From assembly GCA_963665295.1 (NCBI GenBank), contig OY762209.1, positions 4,128,001-4,192,000 of the forward strand: a stretch of 64,000 nucleotides of DNA, in the 5' to 3' direction. The notes beneath the pieces are model-generated. The model had not been told where the DNA came from. It did no database searches and saw nothing but the letters and a program-made list of their open reading frames with translations. Each line of letters begins with the position of its first letter. Position 1 is the stretch's first letter. This document shows, one piece after another, positions 20,165 through 29,922 of this stretch. The translations under genes were made by a program, and so were the position numbers. The stretch is from Syntrophorhabdaceae bacterium. GTDB lineage: Bacteria > Desulfobacterota > Syntrophorhabdia > Syntrophorhabdales > Syntrophorhabdaceae.

Positions 20165-20794
20165 ATGGTCATGAGAAAGAGCGTCAACTTACTCGTTACA
20201 TTGTTCATCGCGGTATTCTTCCTTTGTTGGGGGGCGGCTGCTGCCGAGAAAAATACAGAGAAAGGCGGAAAAATGACACAGACTCCATTGACTGCAATCA
20301 TTCACACAACGAAAGGGGATATCCGGCTCAGACTCTTCCCCGATAAAGCCCCTCTCACGGTCCTTAATTTTGTAAACCTTTCGAGCAAGGGGTTTTATGA
20401 TGGACTGTCCTTCCACAGGGTCATCCCGGATTTCATGATCCAGGGAGGGTGCCCGCTGGGGACCGGGACAGGAGGTCCGGGATACCGTTTCAAAGACGAA
20501 TTTTCCCCGGAATTGAGACACGACAAGCCCGGCATGCTCTCTATGGCCAACGCCGGTCCCGGCACGAATGGAAGCCAGTTTTTCATCACTCATGTCCCCA
20601 CCCCGTGGCTCGACAACAGGCACGCCATCTTTGGACAGGTTGTGGGCGATGAAGACCAGAAAGTGGTGAACAGCATTGTCGTGGGCGACAAGATCAATTC
20701 CATCACCATACAGGGCGACTATGCGGACCTGGCCGAACAGCACAAGGACCTGTTGGAGAAATGGAACAAGGCATTGCCTCCGGCGAAGGAATAG
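20165..20794 (+). CDS. Cyclophilin-type peptidyl-prolyl cis-trans isomerase with signal peptide
   Basis: [37 protein letters not shown]; hydrophobic N-terminus ending AAA. Confidence 0.93.
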   Translation: MVMRKSVNLLVTLFIAVFFLCWGAAAAEKNTEKGGKMTQTPLTAIIHTTKGDIRLRLFPDKAPLTVLNFVNLSSKGFYDGLSFHRVIPDFMIQGGCPLGTGTGGPGYRFKDEFSPELRHDKPGMLSMANAGPGTNGSQFFITHVPTPWLDNRHAIFGQVVGDEDQKVVNSIVVGDKINSITIQGDYADLAEQHKDLLEKWNKALPPAKE

Positions 20795-21058
20795 ATACTC
20801 CCCTATATCCCGGGATCTTTCCCACCGTCCGACCGACTGCGGCCAAAGAGCCCGGGATAAAAGCACCTGCGCCGGAATCATTCAGCGCCGCCTTTCGGGG
20901 CGAAACCCGCAAAAGAATTATACCCGGCTCATCCCGACATCTTGAGTTCAAATGGGTCACCTTCCGTGCATTTATGCTATACTGATACAAATGTCACGTG
21001 AGCATGCCGCATCCATGATTGCCATGTTCGAAGGATTCCCCCTCAAAGGGTCCGGAAC

Positions 21059-22249
21059 ATGACGTCTGAAATTCACCCCGACCTTTTAAGACATCTTGAA
21101 GCCGGTTATTCCCTGCCTTCCCTTTCTGTGGTCGTTATAAGGCTTGTGGAACTCGCGTCCGATGAGCGTTGTTCCGTAAACGACATTGCGGGTTTGATCG
21201 AGAAAGACCCCTCCCTTACCGTGCGCCTCCTTAAACTGGCAAACAGCGCGTTCTTCAGGGGCAGCCAACCCGTGGTAACCCTGAAACATGCAATTCTACG
21301 GATCGGATTCCGCCAGTTGAGGATAATGGCGCTTTCATTGTCCCTGAGAGACACCTTCCCCATGGGCAAGGTGGGAGTCCTCGACTACGAACGTTTCTGG
21401 CGCACCTCTCTCTACAGGGCCCTCCTTGCCAAATCCTTCGCACATCACTTGGGAACATGCGATCCGGAGGAAGCCTTCGTCGGAGGATTGACTCTGGGTG
21501 TGGGCTTTCTGATCTTCTTCGACCTTTTCGTGAAGGGAAAGGGAGTGGACATGGATTCCGGACTCGATACCCTCGACAAGCTCCTTGCGTGGGAGACGGA
21601 ACGGTTCGGCGTGGACCACAGGAAGATCGGCCGTGCCGTGCTCCGCTACTGGGGGTTTCCCGAGGAGATCGTCGATTGTCAATTGGGGTATAAGGGAGGG
21701 ACGACCGGACCTCTTGCGCGGGTTTGCGAATCGGCCAGAGTGTTGTCGAACATATTACTTCGCAGATCCGCGGGCTTCCATTCCCTTTTCCGCGAAGGGA
21801 ACGAAAAACTCGGTCTCTCCGACGAGACCATAAACGACATCGTCCTTGCTACCTTTGAAGAAGTCCAGGATATCGCTGAAAGCTTCCGGATAGAGATGAA
21901 CAAGGAGAAGGACCTGCTTGAATTGATGGAGAAAGCCAACCGCGCGCTAAGTCAGATATCAGAGAAGATGTCCCACTTACAACAAGAAGGTTCGCTCCCC
22001 TCCTTTGAGGGCCTTTCCGGAGAGCAGACCGCCGGACAGACTTATGTAAACGAAACCTTGCAGGCTGTGGCCCACGAGATCAGGAATCCCCTTGTGGCCG
22101 TGGCGGGTTTTGCGAAGAGACTTGCCGCTACGGTAGATCCTTTGTCAAAAGGCGGCGAATACGCACGGATCATACTCGAAGAAGCCGTCAGACTGGAAAC
22201 CGCCCTTACCGAAATGACCCGGGACAGACTCGCGAAAAATACAGGATAG
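21059..22249 (+). CDS. HDOD domain protein with C-terminal HisKA-like segment
   Basis: LPSL, IEKDPSLTVRLLKLANSAF, DH..IG....WGFP; C-terminal AHEIRNPL; no ATPase domain. Confidence 0.85.
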   Translation: MTSEIHPDLLRHLEAGYSLPSLSVVVIRLVELASDERCSVNDIAGLIEKDPSLTVRLLKLANSAFFRGSQPVVTLKHAILRIGFRQLRIMALSLSLRDTFPMGKVGVLDYERFWRTSLYRALLAKSFAHHLGTCDPEEAFVGGLTLGVGFLIFFDLFVKGKGVDMDSGLDTLDKLLAWETERFGVDHRKIGRAVLRYWGFPEEIVDCQLGYKGGTTGPLARVCESARVLSNILLRRSAGFHSLFREGNEKLGLSDETINDIVLATFEEVQDIAESFRIEMNKEKDLLELMEKANRALSQISEKMSHLQQEGSLPSFEGLSGEQTAGQTYVNETLQAVAHEIRNPLVAVAGFAKRLAATVDPLSKGGEYARIILEEAVRLETALTEMTRDRLAKNTG

Positions 22250-22317
22250 CCCGGGGAACTGCGGGTCCTTTCTTCACCGTGTTTATGGTCCCTCCATCCC
22301 ATGGGTCTGCCGGCAGA

Positions 22318-23148
22318 TCAGTGGAACACCCCTACGACGAGGAGCATGATGAATATGCCCACCGACAGGGCAGAAAAACCGACGACTGCTGCCGCAACTT
22401 CCAGCCACAGTGCGGGCGGATCGCTCTGGATAGCTTTCAGCCTGCCTTCCCGTTCGAGTCTTTCATACTCGGTGGAACGTTCCTCTCTGAATTCCTCTTC
22501 CTCAACACGTCCCGTAAAAATCACCGGGTCAAGGGGAAATTTGTCCCCCCGAAGATGAGTATGGATAAAGTGGAAGATGAAGATGAAACCCGTAGCAAGG
22601 AGAGCTTCATCACTGTGGACGATAGTGGCGATATTAAGCACCCATCCCGGGAAAAGACGAGCGGCAAGCGTTGGAAACCAAAGAAAGAGTCCCGAGACTC
22701 CTATCATCCCTACCCCCCAGAATACCGCCCAGTAATCGAATTTCTCCCAGTATGTCCACCTGTCAAACCTCGGTCTCGGACCGAGGCCGAGGAACCACCT
22801 GAAATTGGCGTACAGGTCTTTCGCATCCTTGATTCCAGGCACCATCGAATTCGGGCCCAGAAGAAAGGTAAAAAGTGGCTGGGTCAATTTGTACTTGAAA
22901 AAATAGCATAGATAACAAAGATGAGCGGCGAAATACCCGAATGTCACCACCGCACAAACCCGGTGGAGAAAACCGGCCCTCTCGAACCCTCCCAGAAAGG
23001 TTACGAGGTAACGAGCCCACAGACTGTCACTGTACTTGAGTGGAAGACCTGTCAGGGCAAGACCGAGAAAACTGGTCATGACGAATAAGTGCATGACACG
23101 GTGGAAATGGTTAAACCGCACAAAATATATCCGCTTGGCCCGCGTCAT
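22318..23148 (-). CDS. Cytochrome b subunit (FdnI/CbcL membrane-domain-like)
   Basis: RFNHFHRVMH, TGLPLKY, HRVCA, WEKFDYWAVFWG, VHSDEALLA..FHFIHTH; multiple TM helices. Confidence 0.88.
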   Translation of the reverse strand: MTRAKRIYFVRFNHFHRVMHLFVMTSFLGLALTGLPLKYSDSLWARYLVTFLGGFERAGFLHRVCAVVTFGYFAAHLCYLCYFFKYKLTQPLFTFLLGPNSMVPGIKDAKDLYANFRWFLGLGPRPRFDRWTYWEKFDYWAVFWGVGMIGVSGLFLWFPTLAARLFPGWVLNIATIVHSDEALLATGFIFIFHFIHTHLRGDKFPLDPVIFTGRVEEEEFREERSTEYERLEREGRLKAIQSDPPALWLEVAAAVVGFSALSVGIFIMLLVVGVFH

Positions 23149-24509
23149 TTGCCCCTCCTCTCCCGCCTCTTCCGCAGACGCTCAATCCAGGACCGTGGGA
23201 GCCAGAGAAGGGCGTGGATTCCAAAAAATCCGAAGGTCGCCACAAGAAGGGCTGTCATGAAAAGCCACACATAGTAAAAAATGGGGTGATCGCCCTTGTG
23301 TGTATAATCCGCATGGACCACAAATTCCGTGAATCCCTTTTCGGCCTTCGGGTGACATTGCCGACACGTTGTAAGCAGGTTCTCAGCCGAAATCCTGGAC
23401 CTGGGGTCTGACCGGGGAAGGACATCGTGGGCGCCATGACAGTCCGCGCACTTCGCTACCCTGGTAAAACCAAGGTTGGTTACCTTTCCATGATATGAAT
23501 GATGGTACGTCTCGAGGGGGTCTCTATGACAGCTTCCGCATTCCCTGATCGCGTCCAGCATCCAGGTGTTTGCCTTTACCCGTCTTATCTCATGCGCAGG
23601 GTGACAGGTAGAACAACTCGGAGCGTTCCTGTTCCCTTTTGCCACTGCCCGGGAGTGAGCGCTTATCTTGTAGGCCTGTTCCGCTTTTGAATGGCATTTT
23701 CCACACGATGCGGAGATATTGGCAGGATATATCAGTGAGGTAGGATCCGTGTGAGGTTTTATTGCATGGGAACCGTGACAATCATTGCAGGCGGCCGAGA
23801 CGAGGACTCCCGATTTAGTGAGTGCTTGTCCATGGATACTATCCTTGTAAAGAGCGTACGCCTTTTCCGCGGGGATCTTGTATTTCTTTACCATCTCCGG
23901 GTTCGAATGACAACGGGAACATGTTGCCGGCAGGTTGACGGCATAGACGGGCGAACGGGGGTTGTTTTTGCCAAGCATATCATGGGTCTTTCCATGACAA
24001 TCAGCGCAGGCTGCCGTTTCACCCATGCCTTTGCCGCCCGTCTTTGCCCGGGAATGAATTCCTTCCCCGTATTCGCGATACACAGTTGCGTGACAGGTCC
24101 GGCATGTCGTTGCAGTCAACGTCTTCGCCTTCTCCACCCCGTGATAGCCGTGGCAATCCTTGCAGGTTGCCCCCTGCCCTTTGCCGCTCCCGTGAACGCT
24201 CGTACGGTAATGCTTGTACGTATCTCCATGGCAGGCACCGCAGGAGCGCACACTCACAGTCTCAGGATGGGGCAGGTCTTTGATGTCGTGACATCCCACA
24301 CAGTTCAGTGAGCCATGGACCGATTTGTCGAAAATGTCCTTGTTGAAGAAGAGGGAAATCGTTTTCCCCCCGGAGGCCTGCTTGGTGAGTTCTTTCTCTC
24401 CGTGACATCCCATGCAGTCGTCGTTGGTAATTCCGGCCCCATGGGCGTTTGCCCAGAGAAACAGCAAAGACAGTAAGAAAAGACCGCCGAATAATGCTCT
24501 CTTCTTCAA
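23145..24509 (-). CDS. Membrane-anchored multiheme cytochrome c (13 CxxCH)
   Basis: 13 CxxCH motifs counted; signal peptide from TTG 24509 (AGGGAGG RBS); C-terminal TM helix; 4-nt overlap with cytochrome b gene. Confidence 0.92.
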   Translation of the reverse strand: MKKRALFGGLFLLSLLFLWANAHGAGITNDDCMGCHGEKELTKQASGGKTISLFFNKDIFDKSVHGSLNCVGCHDIKDLPHPETVSVRSCGACHGDTYKHYRTSVHGSGKGQGATCKDCHGYHGVEKAKTLTATTCRTCHATVYREYGEGIHSRAKTGGKGMGETAACADCHGKTHDMLGKNNPRSPVYAVNLPATCSRCHSNPEMVKKYKIPAEKAYALYKDSIHGQALTKSGVLVSAACNDCHGSHAIKPHTDPTSLIYPANISASCGKCHSKAEQAYKISAHSRAVAKGNRNAPSCSTCHPAHEIRRVKANTWMLDAIRECGSCHRDPLETYHHSYHGKVTNLGFTRVAKCADCHGAHDVLPRSDPRSRISAENLLTTCRQCHPKAEKGFTEFVVHADYTHKGDHPIFYYVWLFMTALLVATFGFFGIHALLWLPRSWIERLRKRRERRGK

Positions 24510-24740
24510 AACCGCGTCCTCCCTTTCTCTTGCTGAAGTCATTTTACCCCATTTTCTCTTATCTGACAATTACTTTCATTTCCCCTTCACCGGCGGAGGC
24601 CCCTCTCGCGGGTCCGTTGCAAGGAAGACCCTGGTGCCGACGCCGACACGAGGGAGATGCGAAAGCGCGGCCCTGCGCCTTTTTTCACTGAAAATGATGA
24701 GGGTAGACTAAAATAGGGAGAAGGCGGCCCGGTTAAGCCG

Positions 24741-25088
24741 CTATACGAAGGTATCGAGGGTATGTTTTACGATCTCGTCCTGTGCCTGGAAGGCTTTAAG
24801 CGTTGCTTCATAACTTCTTTGCAGGAGCACCAACCTGGGCATGTCCTGACTGTGAATGACGTCGTATACCTCGGCAAAAAGCCCACTGGATGCCTGGGCT
24901 ATCGAACCGTACGGGTCCATCCTGATCCCTTCCCCGACTGCAAGACTTGCAGATGCGCCCTTTTCCGCGGCTACAACAGTCTTCGGGTCCGGAGGTCCCG
25001 AACCGGCACCGGCTCGTGGGCCTTCCCGGCCCATCCTGGCCCCCTGGGTAGTGCTCCCCACTATGTACGGATACACGCTTTCAATCAT
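24741..25088 (-). CDS. Small protein with flagellar rod/hook C-terminal helix-like motif
   Basis: C-terminus LVLLQRSYEATLKAFQAQDEIVKHTLDTFV resembles the FlgE/F/G C-terminal consensus. Confidence 0.6.
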   Translation of the reverse strand: MIESVYPYIVGSTTQGARMGREGPRAGAGSGPPDPKTVVAAEKGASASLAVGEGIRMDPYGSIAQASSGLFAEVYDVIHSQDMPRLVLLQRSYEATLKAFQAQDEIVKHTLDTFV

Positions 25089-25218
25089 GAAGCGATATTA
25101 GCAGAGATACAGGCGGCAGTCTGTGACAACCATCACATTTTTCCGATAGACTTCTGCCCACGGGTACCGCTCACTAAATCGTGGGTCGCCAATAGAAGAG
25201 TCCGTGATCCCGAATGTC

Positions 25219-26673
25219 TTATCCGCCGGGACCCGGTCTCCTTGTCTGGCCGAATCGGTCCGGCTGGTCCTGTTCGTCAGGGAATATTTTGCCGGGGTTC
25301 AAAATCCCCTTTGGATCGAATGCCGCCTTTATACGCTTCATGAGGTCTATTTCCGTTTCCGTCATCTGGAGCCGCATATAGTTCTTTACCGTAATGCCCA
25401 CTCCGTGCTCGCCGGTCAGTTTGCCCCCCATGTCCACCGTCTTTCTGTATATCTCTCCCAATAGCTCATTCGCCTCCTGAAGCTCTGCGAAATTCTTTCT
25501 CCTGTACTGTATGGTCACGTGCAGGTTGCCGTCGCCTCCGTGGCCAAAAGTCGCCACCTTTACCAGTCTGCCCGCCGCGCTCTCTTTGATAGCCCGCACC
25601 AACCGGGGGAGATGGTAACGGGGTACGACGACATCTGCCTCCAGATGATCCTTGCCTTTCGACTTAAGGGCGGGCAATGCCTCCCTCCTGATCCTCCACA
25701 GCTTCTCTGCCTCCTTGTCGTCGACGGCAAGTCTTGCCTCCATAATACCCGCTGTTCCGTCGGCCAGAGCGAGGACACGTCCGGCCTGCTCATCCACCGC
25801 TCCACGGTGGTTCCCATCAATCTCGATAAGAACGAGGGCAGCGGCGTCCCTTTTCAGTTCTTCCGTGCCCGGAAGATAATCGGCCACGCAATTCATGGTG
25901 TAGTTGTCCATGAACTCTATGGCGCACGGGATCGTCCCACTCTCGAACACGGCGGCTACCAGATCCGCGGCAAGGGAAAGGTCGTTCACATAAAAGATAC
26001 ACGTACGATGGTAATCGGGCATGGCGAGCACTCTGCACGTAATCTTCGTGATAATTGCAAGGGTTCCTTCGGAACCCGTGAGAAGCGCCACCAGATCGTA
26101 TCCGGTTACGTTCTTTACCGTACGCCCTCCCGCGTTGATTATGCCTCCATCAGGCAGAACCGCCTCCAATCCCAGTACGTAATCTCTCGTGACCCCGTAT
26201 TTCACGGCCCTCGTGTATCCCGCGTTTTCTGCGACATTGCCGCCCAGAGTACTCTCTACGGTGCTCGATGGGTCGGGCGGAAAGAACAGGCGGTGATATG
26301 CGAGGGTCTTCTGGAGATCCGCAGATATGACGCCGGGTTCCACCACGACCTGCATGTTGTCCTTGTCGATCTCAAGTATCTTGTTCATCCGGAGAAGGGA
26401 TATCACGACGCCACGTTCCACCGGCAACGCGCCCCCTGAAAGCCCCGTCCTGCCCCCCTGGGGCGTCACCGGCACACCCGTCTCACACGCAAGTTTCATG
26501 ATTCCCGACACCTGTTCCGTATTCGTGGGAAGGAGCACGGCGTCGGGCATAAATCGCATTTCCGTCGCATCGTAGCAGTAATGGGAAAGGCCGTCCCTGT
26601 CTGAAATCACCTGGTCCGCCTCAAGAAACTTCTTCACTTCTTCCATAAATATCCCAATGCCCTGCCCGTTCAT
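25219..26673 (-). CDS. FAD-linked oxidoreductase, GlcD / D-2-hydroxyacid dehydrogenase family
   Basis: GGRTGLSGG, FFPPDPSS, KYGVTRDYVLG, GSEGTL, GHGGDGNLH, GEHGVG, DPKGILNPGK; start 26673 after GGAGGT. Confidence 0.92.
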   Translation of the reverse strand: MNGQGIGIFMEEVKKFLEADQVISDRDGLSHYCYDATEMRFMPDAVLLPTNTEQVSGIMKLACETGVPVTPQGGRTGLSGGALPVERGVVISLLRMNKILEIDKDNMQVVVEPGVISADLQKTLAYHRLFFPPDPSSTVESTLGGNVAENAGYTRAVKYGVTRDYVLGLEAVLPDGGIINAGGRTVKNVTGYDLVALLTGSEGTLAIITKITCRVLAMPDYHRTCIFYVNDLSLAADLVAAVFESGTIPCAIEFMDNYTMNCVADYLPGTEELKRDAAALVLIEIDGNHRGAVDEQAGRVLALADGTAGIMEARLAVDDKEAEKLWRIRREALPALKSKGKDHLEADVVVPRYHLPRLVRAIKESAAGRLVKVATFGHGGDGNLHVTIQYRRKNFAELQEANELLGEIYRKTVDMGGKLTGEHGVGITVKNYMRLQMTETEIDLMKRIKAAFDPKGILNPGKIFPDEQDQPDRFGQTRRPGPGG

Positions 26674-26991
26674 CGAACCACCTCCATCAATATCCGTTCC
26701 TTCCATCCCGCTCCGAATCACAGGCCATCCCCACCCCTTCGCACGGGATACATACCATAACAATTTATACAAAGTCGGTTGAGCCATTGCAATCATTTCC
26801 TTTAAACAAGCAACCGGGCCTGTGTCGGATAGACATGTGCACCGGCGTTCTCGCCTTTTCCCGCGCGACGTACCTCACCAATTTCCCTTAATAGCTTAAG
26901 AAAGGTTATAATAAAACCGATAACAGCAGAAAGCATTGCAAAACAAAGGCAGGTTTGTGTGTATGGTCTACGACCGGGGGGAGAGACTAGA

Positions 26992-29484
26992 TTGATCAAA
27001 AAGGCCTATGGCAGGTTCAGGCGCGTGGGCATTCTCCCCAAATTGCTTACCTCGTTCCTTATTCTCTCTGTGGTCCCCTTGATTATCCTGGGATATTTTG
27101 CCAACGAAAACCTCAAAGACACCGGGTTCCAGGCTGCGGGGAAGGCGGAGGAAATGGGCCGGATGAACCTGACCGCCGCTAAAGATATCGGTAAGGTGGC
27201 GATTGAAGACAGCACTCATGCTCTGGACCGTAAATCCACCGAGGCCATTGAACTGAGAACAGTGGAACTCGCCGCAAGAGTAGCCGATTTTCTTTACGAG
27301 AGAGACAAGGACATTCTCGTTCTCGCTTCCATTACACCGCAATCGCAGGAGTACCACAAGATCTATAACGCTTTGAAGAAAGAGATAATAATTGCCGAAA
27401 AGCCCGGATATCGGCGCGGGGCGCCGGATCTGCAGTCCCGGAACCCCGAGAACAGGGAGGAATGGAGACACAGACCGCCGGACTCTTTCAGGAGGTTGTC
27501 AAAACCGCTCTACCGGGAGATCACGTACGTCGACCTCACCGGCATGGAGAGGATCAAAATAGTCGCCGGCAAAATTTCCGACAATCTCCTGGATGTAAGC
27601 GTCAGGGAAAACACCAGTTGCAGGGCGGAGGACTACTTCTCGCACCTTGGCCGGTTGAAGCCGGGAGAGATATATGTGTCCGGCGTGATCGGCGCACACG
27701 TGAAGGGCTGGCTCTACAGGACTCCGGAGGGCCTCAAGGTCAAACGTCAAAGCGCTTACGCCGGCAAAGAAAACCCGGAGGGACGAAGGTTCGAGGGCAT
27801 CATCAGGTGGGCAACCCCCGTATATAACCGCAGGGGCGAAAAGACCGGGTATGCAACTATGGCGCTGGATCATTCCCATATAATGGAATTCACCGCCCAC
27901 GTGATGCCTACGGACGAGCGGTTTACCATGCACCCTGACGGCGGCTCCGGCAATTATGCCTTTATCTGGAACGACAAAGACAGATGTATATCCCATGCAA
28001 GGCACTTCTTCATATACGGATATGATCCGGCCACAGGAGAAGAGGTGCCGGGATGGATAAGTCAGGACACCTATGACCGGTACAAGAAGAGTGGTCAGTC
28101 CTTGCGGGAGTTTACCAACCGCCTGCCGTCATTCAGAAATTTCAGCCAGAAGAAGCCCGGCTCGGCGGAGCAACTGGCGTCCGGGGACATTGCCCTGGAT
28201 TGCAGGATACTCGACACCGCCCCTCAGTGCCAGGGTTGGCACGAGGGGACCGAAGACGGTGGCTCGGGCTCGTTCCTCATCCTGTGGAGCGGCCTATGGA
28301 AACTTACCACCTATGCGGCCATACCCTACCATACAGGTATGTACGGCCGGTCGAAAAGGGGTTTCGGATACGTAACCATTGGGGCCAACGTAGACGATTT
28401 TCACAAGGAAGCGAATATTACCAAAGCAAAAATAGAAAAGGGCATCTTCAACGAGAGCAAGGAGATCCTTTCCACAAACAGTATGACCAGGCAGTTCATC
28501 AGCGAACGGGTCGCCCGGAACCGCAAGGTGATTACCATCATTACTTTTGTTGCGGGCATGGCCGTCATCGGGACATCCATTATCTTGAGTCTGGGCATCA
28601 CCACGCCCCTCAGACGACTGACGGAGGGTGCGATGGAACTCAGCAAGGGAAACTACGGGCATTCCATTGAGGTGAAGTCAGGAGACGAAGTAGGGAAGCT
28701 GGCAAACTCGTTTAACGAGATGGCAAAGGCAATTTCGGAAGTGGACAGAATGAAAAGTGATTTTGTCACCATAGCGTCGCACGAACTGAGAACGCCCATA
28801 CAGGCGATGCTTCTCGGGGTGTCAGGCGTACTGGAGGGTTACTCGGGAACTATAGACGAAGAAGCGCGGGAAGACCTCGAACTTGCAAGGCTCGGCATCG
28901 AACGGTTGATGCGCCTCGTAACGGACCTCCTCGACCTGTCCCGCATCGAAGCCCGGAAGATTGAACTCAATATCACGGAAACGACTGTTTTCGCTGTTGT
29001 AGGGAGGGCCGTAGAAGAGCTTTCGGAACTGGCTCAGGTCCACAGCCATACGGTAAGGAATGAAATAGTCCCGGGCGGTGCATTGATCAAGGTTGACAAA
29101 GACCGCATGGTGCAGGTAATGATAAACGTGATAAGTAATGCGATAAAGTATTCTCCCGATGGGGGAAAGATTCTCATAAGAGCGGAAAGCGACAGTGAGG
29201 AGGTGGTAATCCGTGTCGCGGATAACGGGTACGGGATACCTCCCTGGGCCGGGGAAGAAATCTTCAAGAAGTTTTTCCAGGCCGACAGTATCATGTCGCA
29301 GAAAGTGGGCGGTACCGGGCTGGGGCTCACCATTACAAGGGGTATAATAGAGAAACACGGAGGCACCATTGTCTGTGAGAGCCCGTTGCCCGAAAACGAG
29401 TTTCCCGATCTCCCTTTGAGCGCTGAGCGAAAAGGATCGGTCTTTATCATCCGCCTGCCCATCGATGTCCGGTCAAAGGGCTGA
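26992..29484 (+). CDS. Membrane sensor histidine kinase with large periplasmic domain and HAMP
   Basis: TM, about 480-aa extracytoplasmic region, TM, HAMP (DEVGKLANSFNEM), SHELRTP, NAIKYS, GTGLGL; start uncertain (26959 or TTG 26992). Confidence 0.92.
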   Translation: MIKKAYGRFRRVGILPKLLTSFLILSVVPLIILGYFANENLKDTGFQAAGKAEEMGRMNLTAAKDIGKVAIEDSTHALDRKSTEAIELRTVELAARVADFLYERDKDILVLASITPQSQEYHKIYNALKKEIIIAEKPGYRRGAPDLQSRNPENREEWRHRPPDSFRRLSKPLYREITYVDLTGMERIKIVAGKISDNLLDVSVRENTSCRAEDYFSHLGRLKPGEIYVSGVIGAHVKGWLYRTPEGLKVKRQSAYAGKENPEGRRFEGIIRWATPVYNRRGEKTGYATMALDHSHIMEFTAHVMPTDERFTMHPDGGSGNYAFIWNDKDRCISHARHFFIYGYDPATGEEVPGWISQDTYDRYKKSGQSLREFTNRLPSFRNFSQKKPGSAEQLASGDIALDCRILDTAPQCQGWHEGTEDGGSGSFLILWSGLWKLTTYAAIPYHTGMYGRSKRGFGYVTIGANVDDFHKEANITKAKIEKGIFNESKEILSTNSMTRQFISERVARNRKVITIITFVAGMAVIGTSIILSLGITTPLRRLTEGAMELSKGNYGHSIEVKSGDEVGKLANSFNEMAKAISEVDRMKSDFVTIASHELRTPIQAMLLGVSGVLEGYSGTIDEEAREDLELARLGIERLMRLVTDLLDLSRIEARKIELNITETTVFAVVGRAVEELSELAQVHSHTVRNEIVPGGALIKVDKDRMVQVMINVISNAIKYSPDGGKILIRAESDSEEVVIRVADNGYGIPPWAGEEIFKKFFQADSIMSQKVGGTGLGLTITRGIIEKHGGTIVCESPLPENEFPDLPLSAERKGSVFIIRLPIDVRSKG

Positions 29485-29509
29485 TGACGGCGGCGAAAGG
29501 AGTGTATCC

Positions 29510-29881
29510 ATGAAGATTAAAAACATTTTGGTGGTGGATGACGAAAAAACCATCTCTCTCTACCTCCAGAAGAAACTCACCAAACTGGGTTTCACCGTGT
29601 ATCTCGCGGAAGATGGCGAGGAGGCGCTCAGGCAGGCTTATTCCGTCCTTCCCGATATCATCCTCCTTGACGTCAAGCTTCCGAAATTAAATGGCATCGA
29701 AGTCTGTAAGAACCTCAAATCGGACGACAGAACGAAACATATCCCCGTCGTAATACTCTCGGCAAAAGCGCAGTCCTTCGAGATTGAGCAGGGTCTGGAA
29801 GCAGGGGCCGACAAATATTTGTGCAAGCCTATGAGTTTTCCCGATATTTTGAGGGAATTACTGGCCTTCGAGACAAGGTAG
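29510..29881 (+). CDS. Single-domain response regulator
   Basis: ILVVDDE, LLDVKLP, LSAK, KP; AAGGAG RBS before ATG 29510. Confidence 0.92.
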   Translation: MKIKNILVVDDEKTISLYLQKKLTKLGFTVYLAEDGEEALRQAYSVLPDIILLDVKLPKLNGIEVCKNLKSDDRTKHIPVVILSAKAQSFEIEQGLEAGADKYLCKPMSFPDILRELLAFETR

Positions 29882-29922
29882 CGAAAAGGGATGCCAAACC
29901 CGGCTGTCAGAGGAGATTCGGC

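Noticed and set aside
20806..20859. Hairpin TATCCCGGG-a-TCTTT...AAAGA-g-CCCGGGATA after the cyclophilin gene
   Set aside because: No U-tract on the sense strand and no second copy seen; cannot be called a terminator or repeat.
24559..24579. Minigene MKVIVR with a good RBS upstream of the cytochrome
   Set aside because: Six codons with no attenuator structure; could easily be chance.
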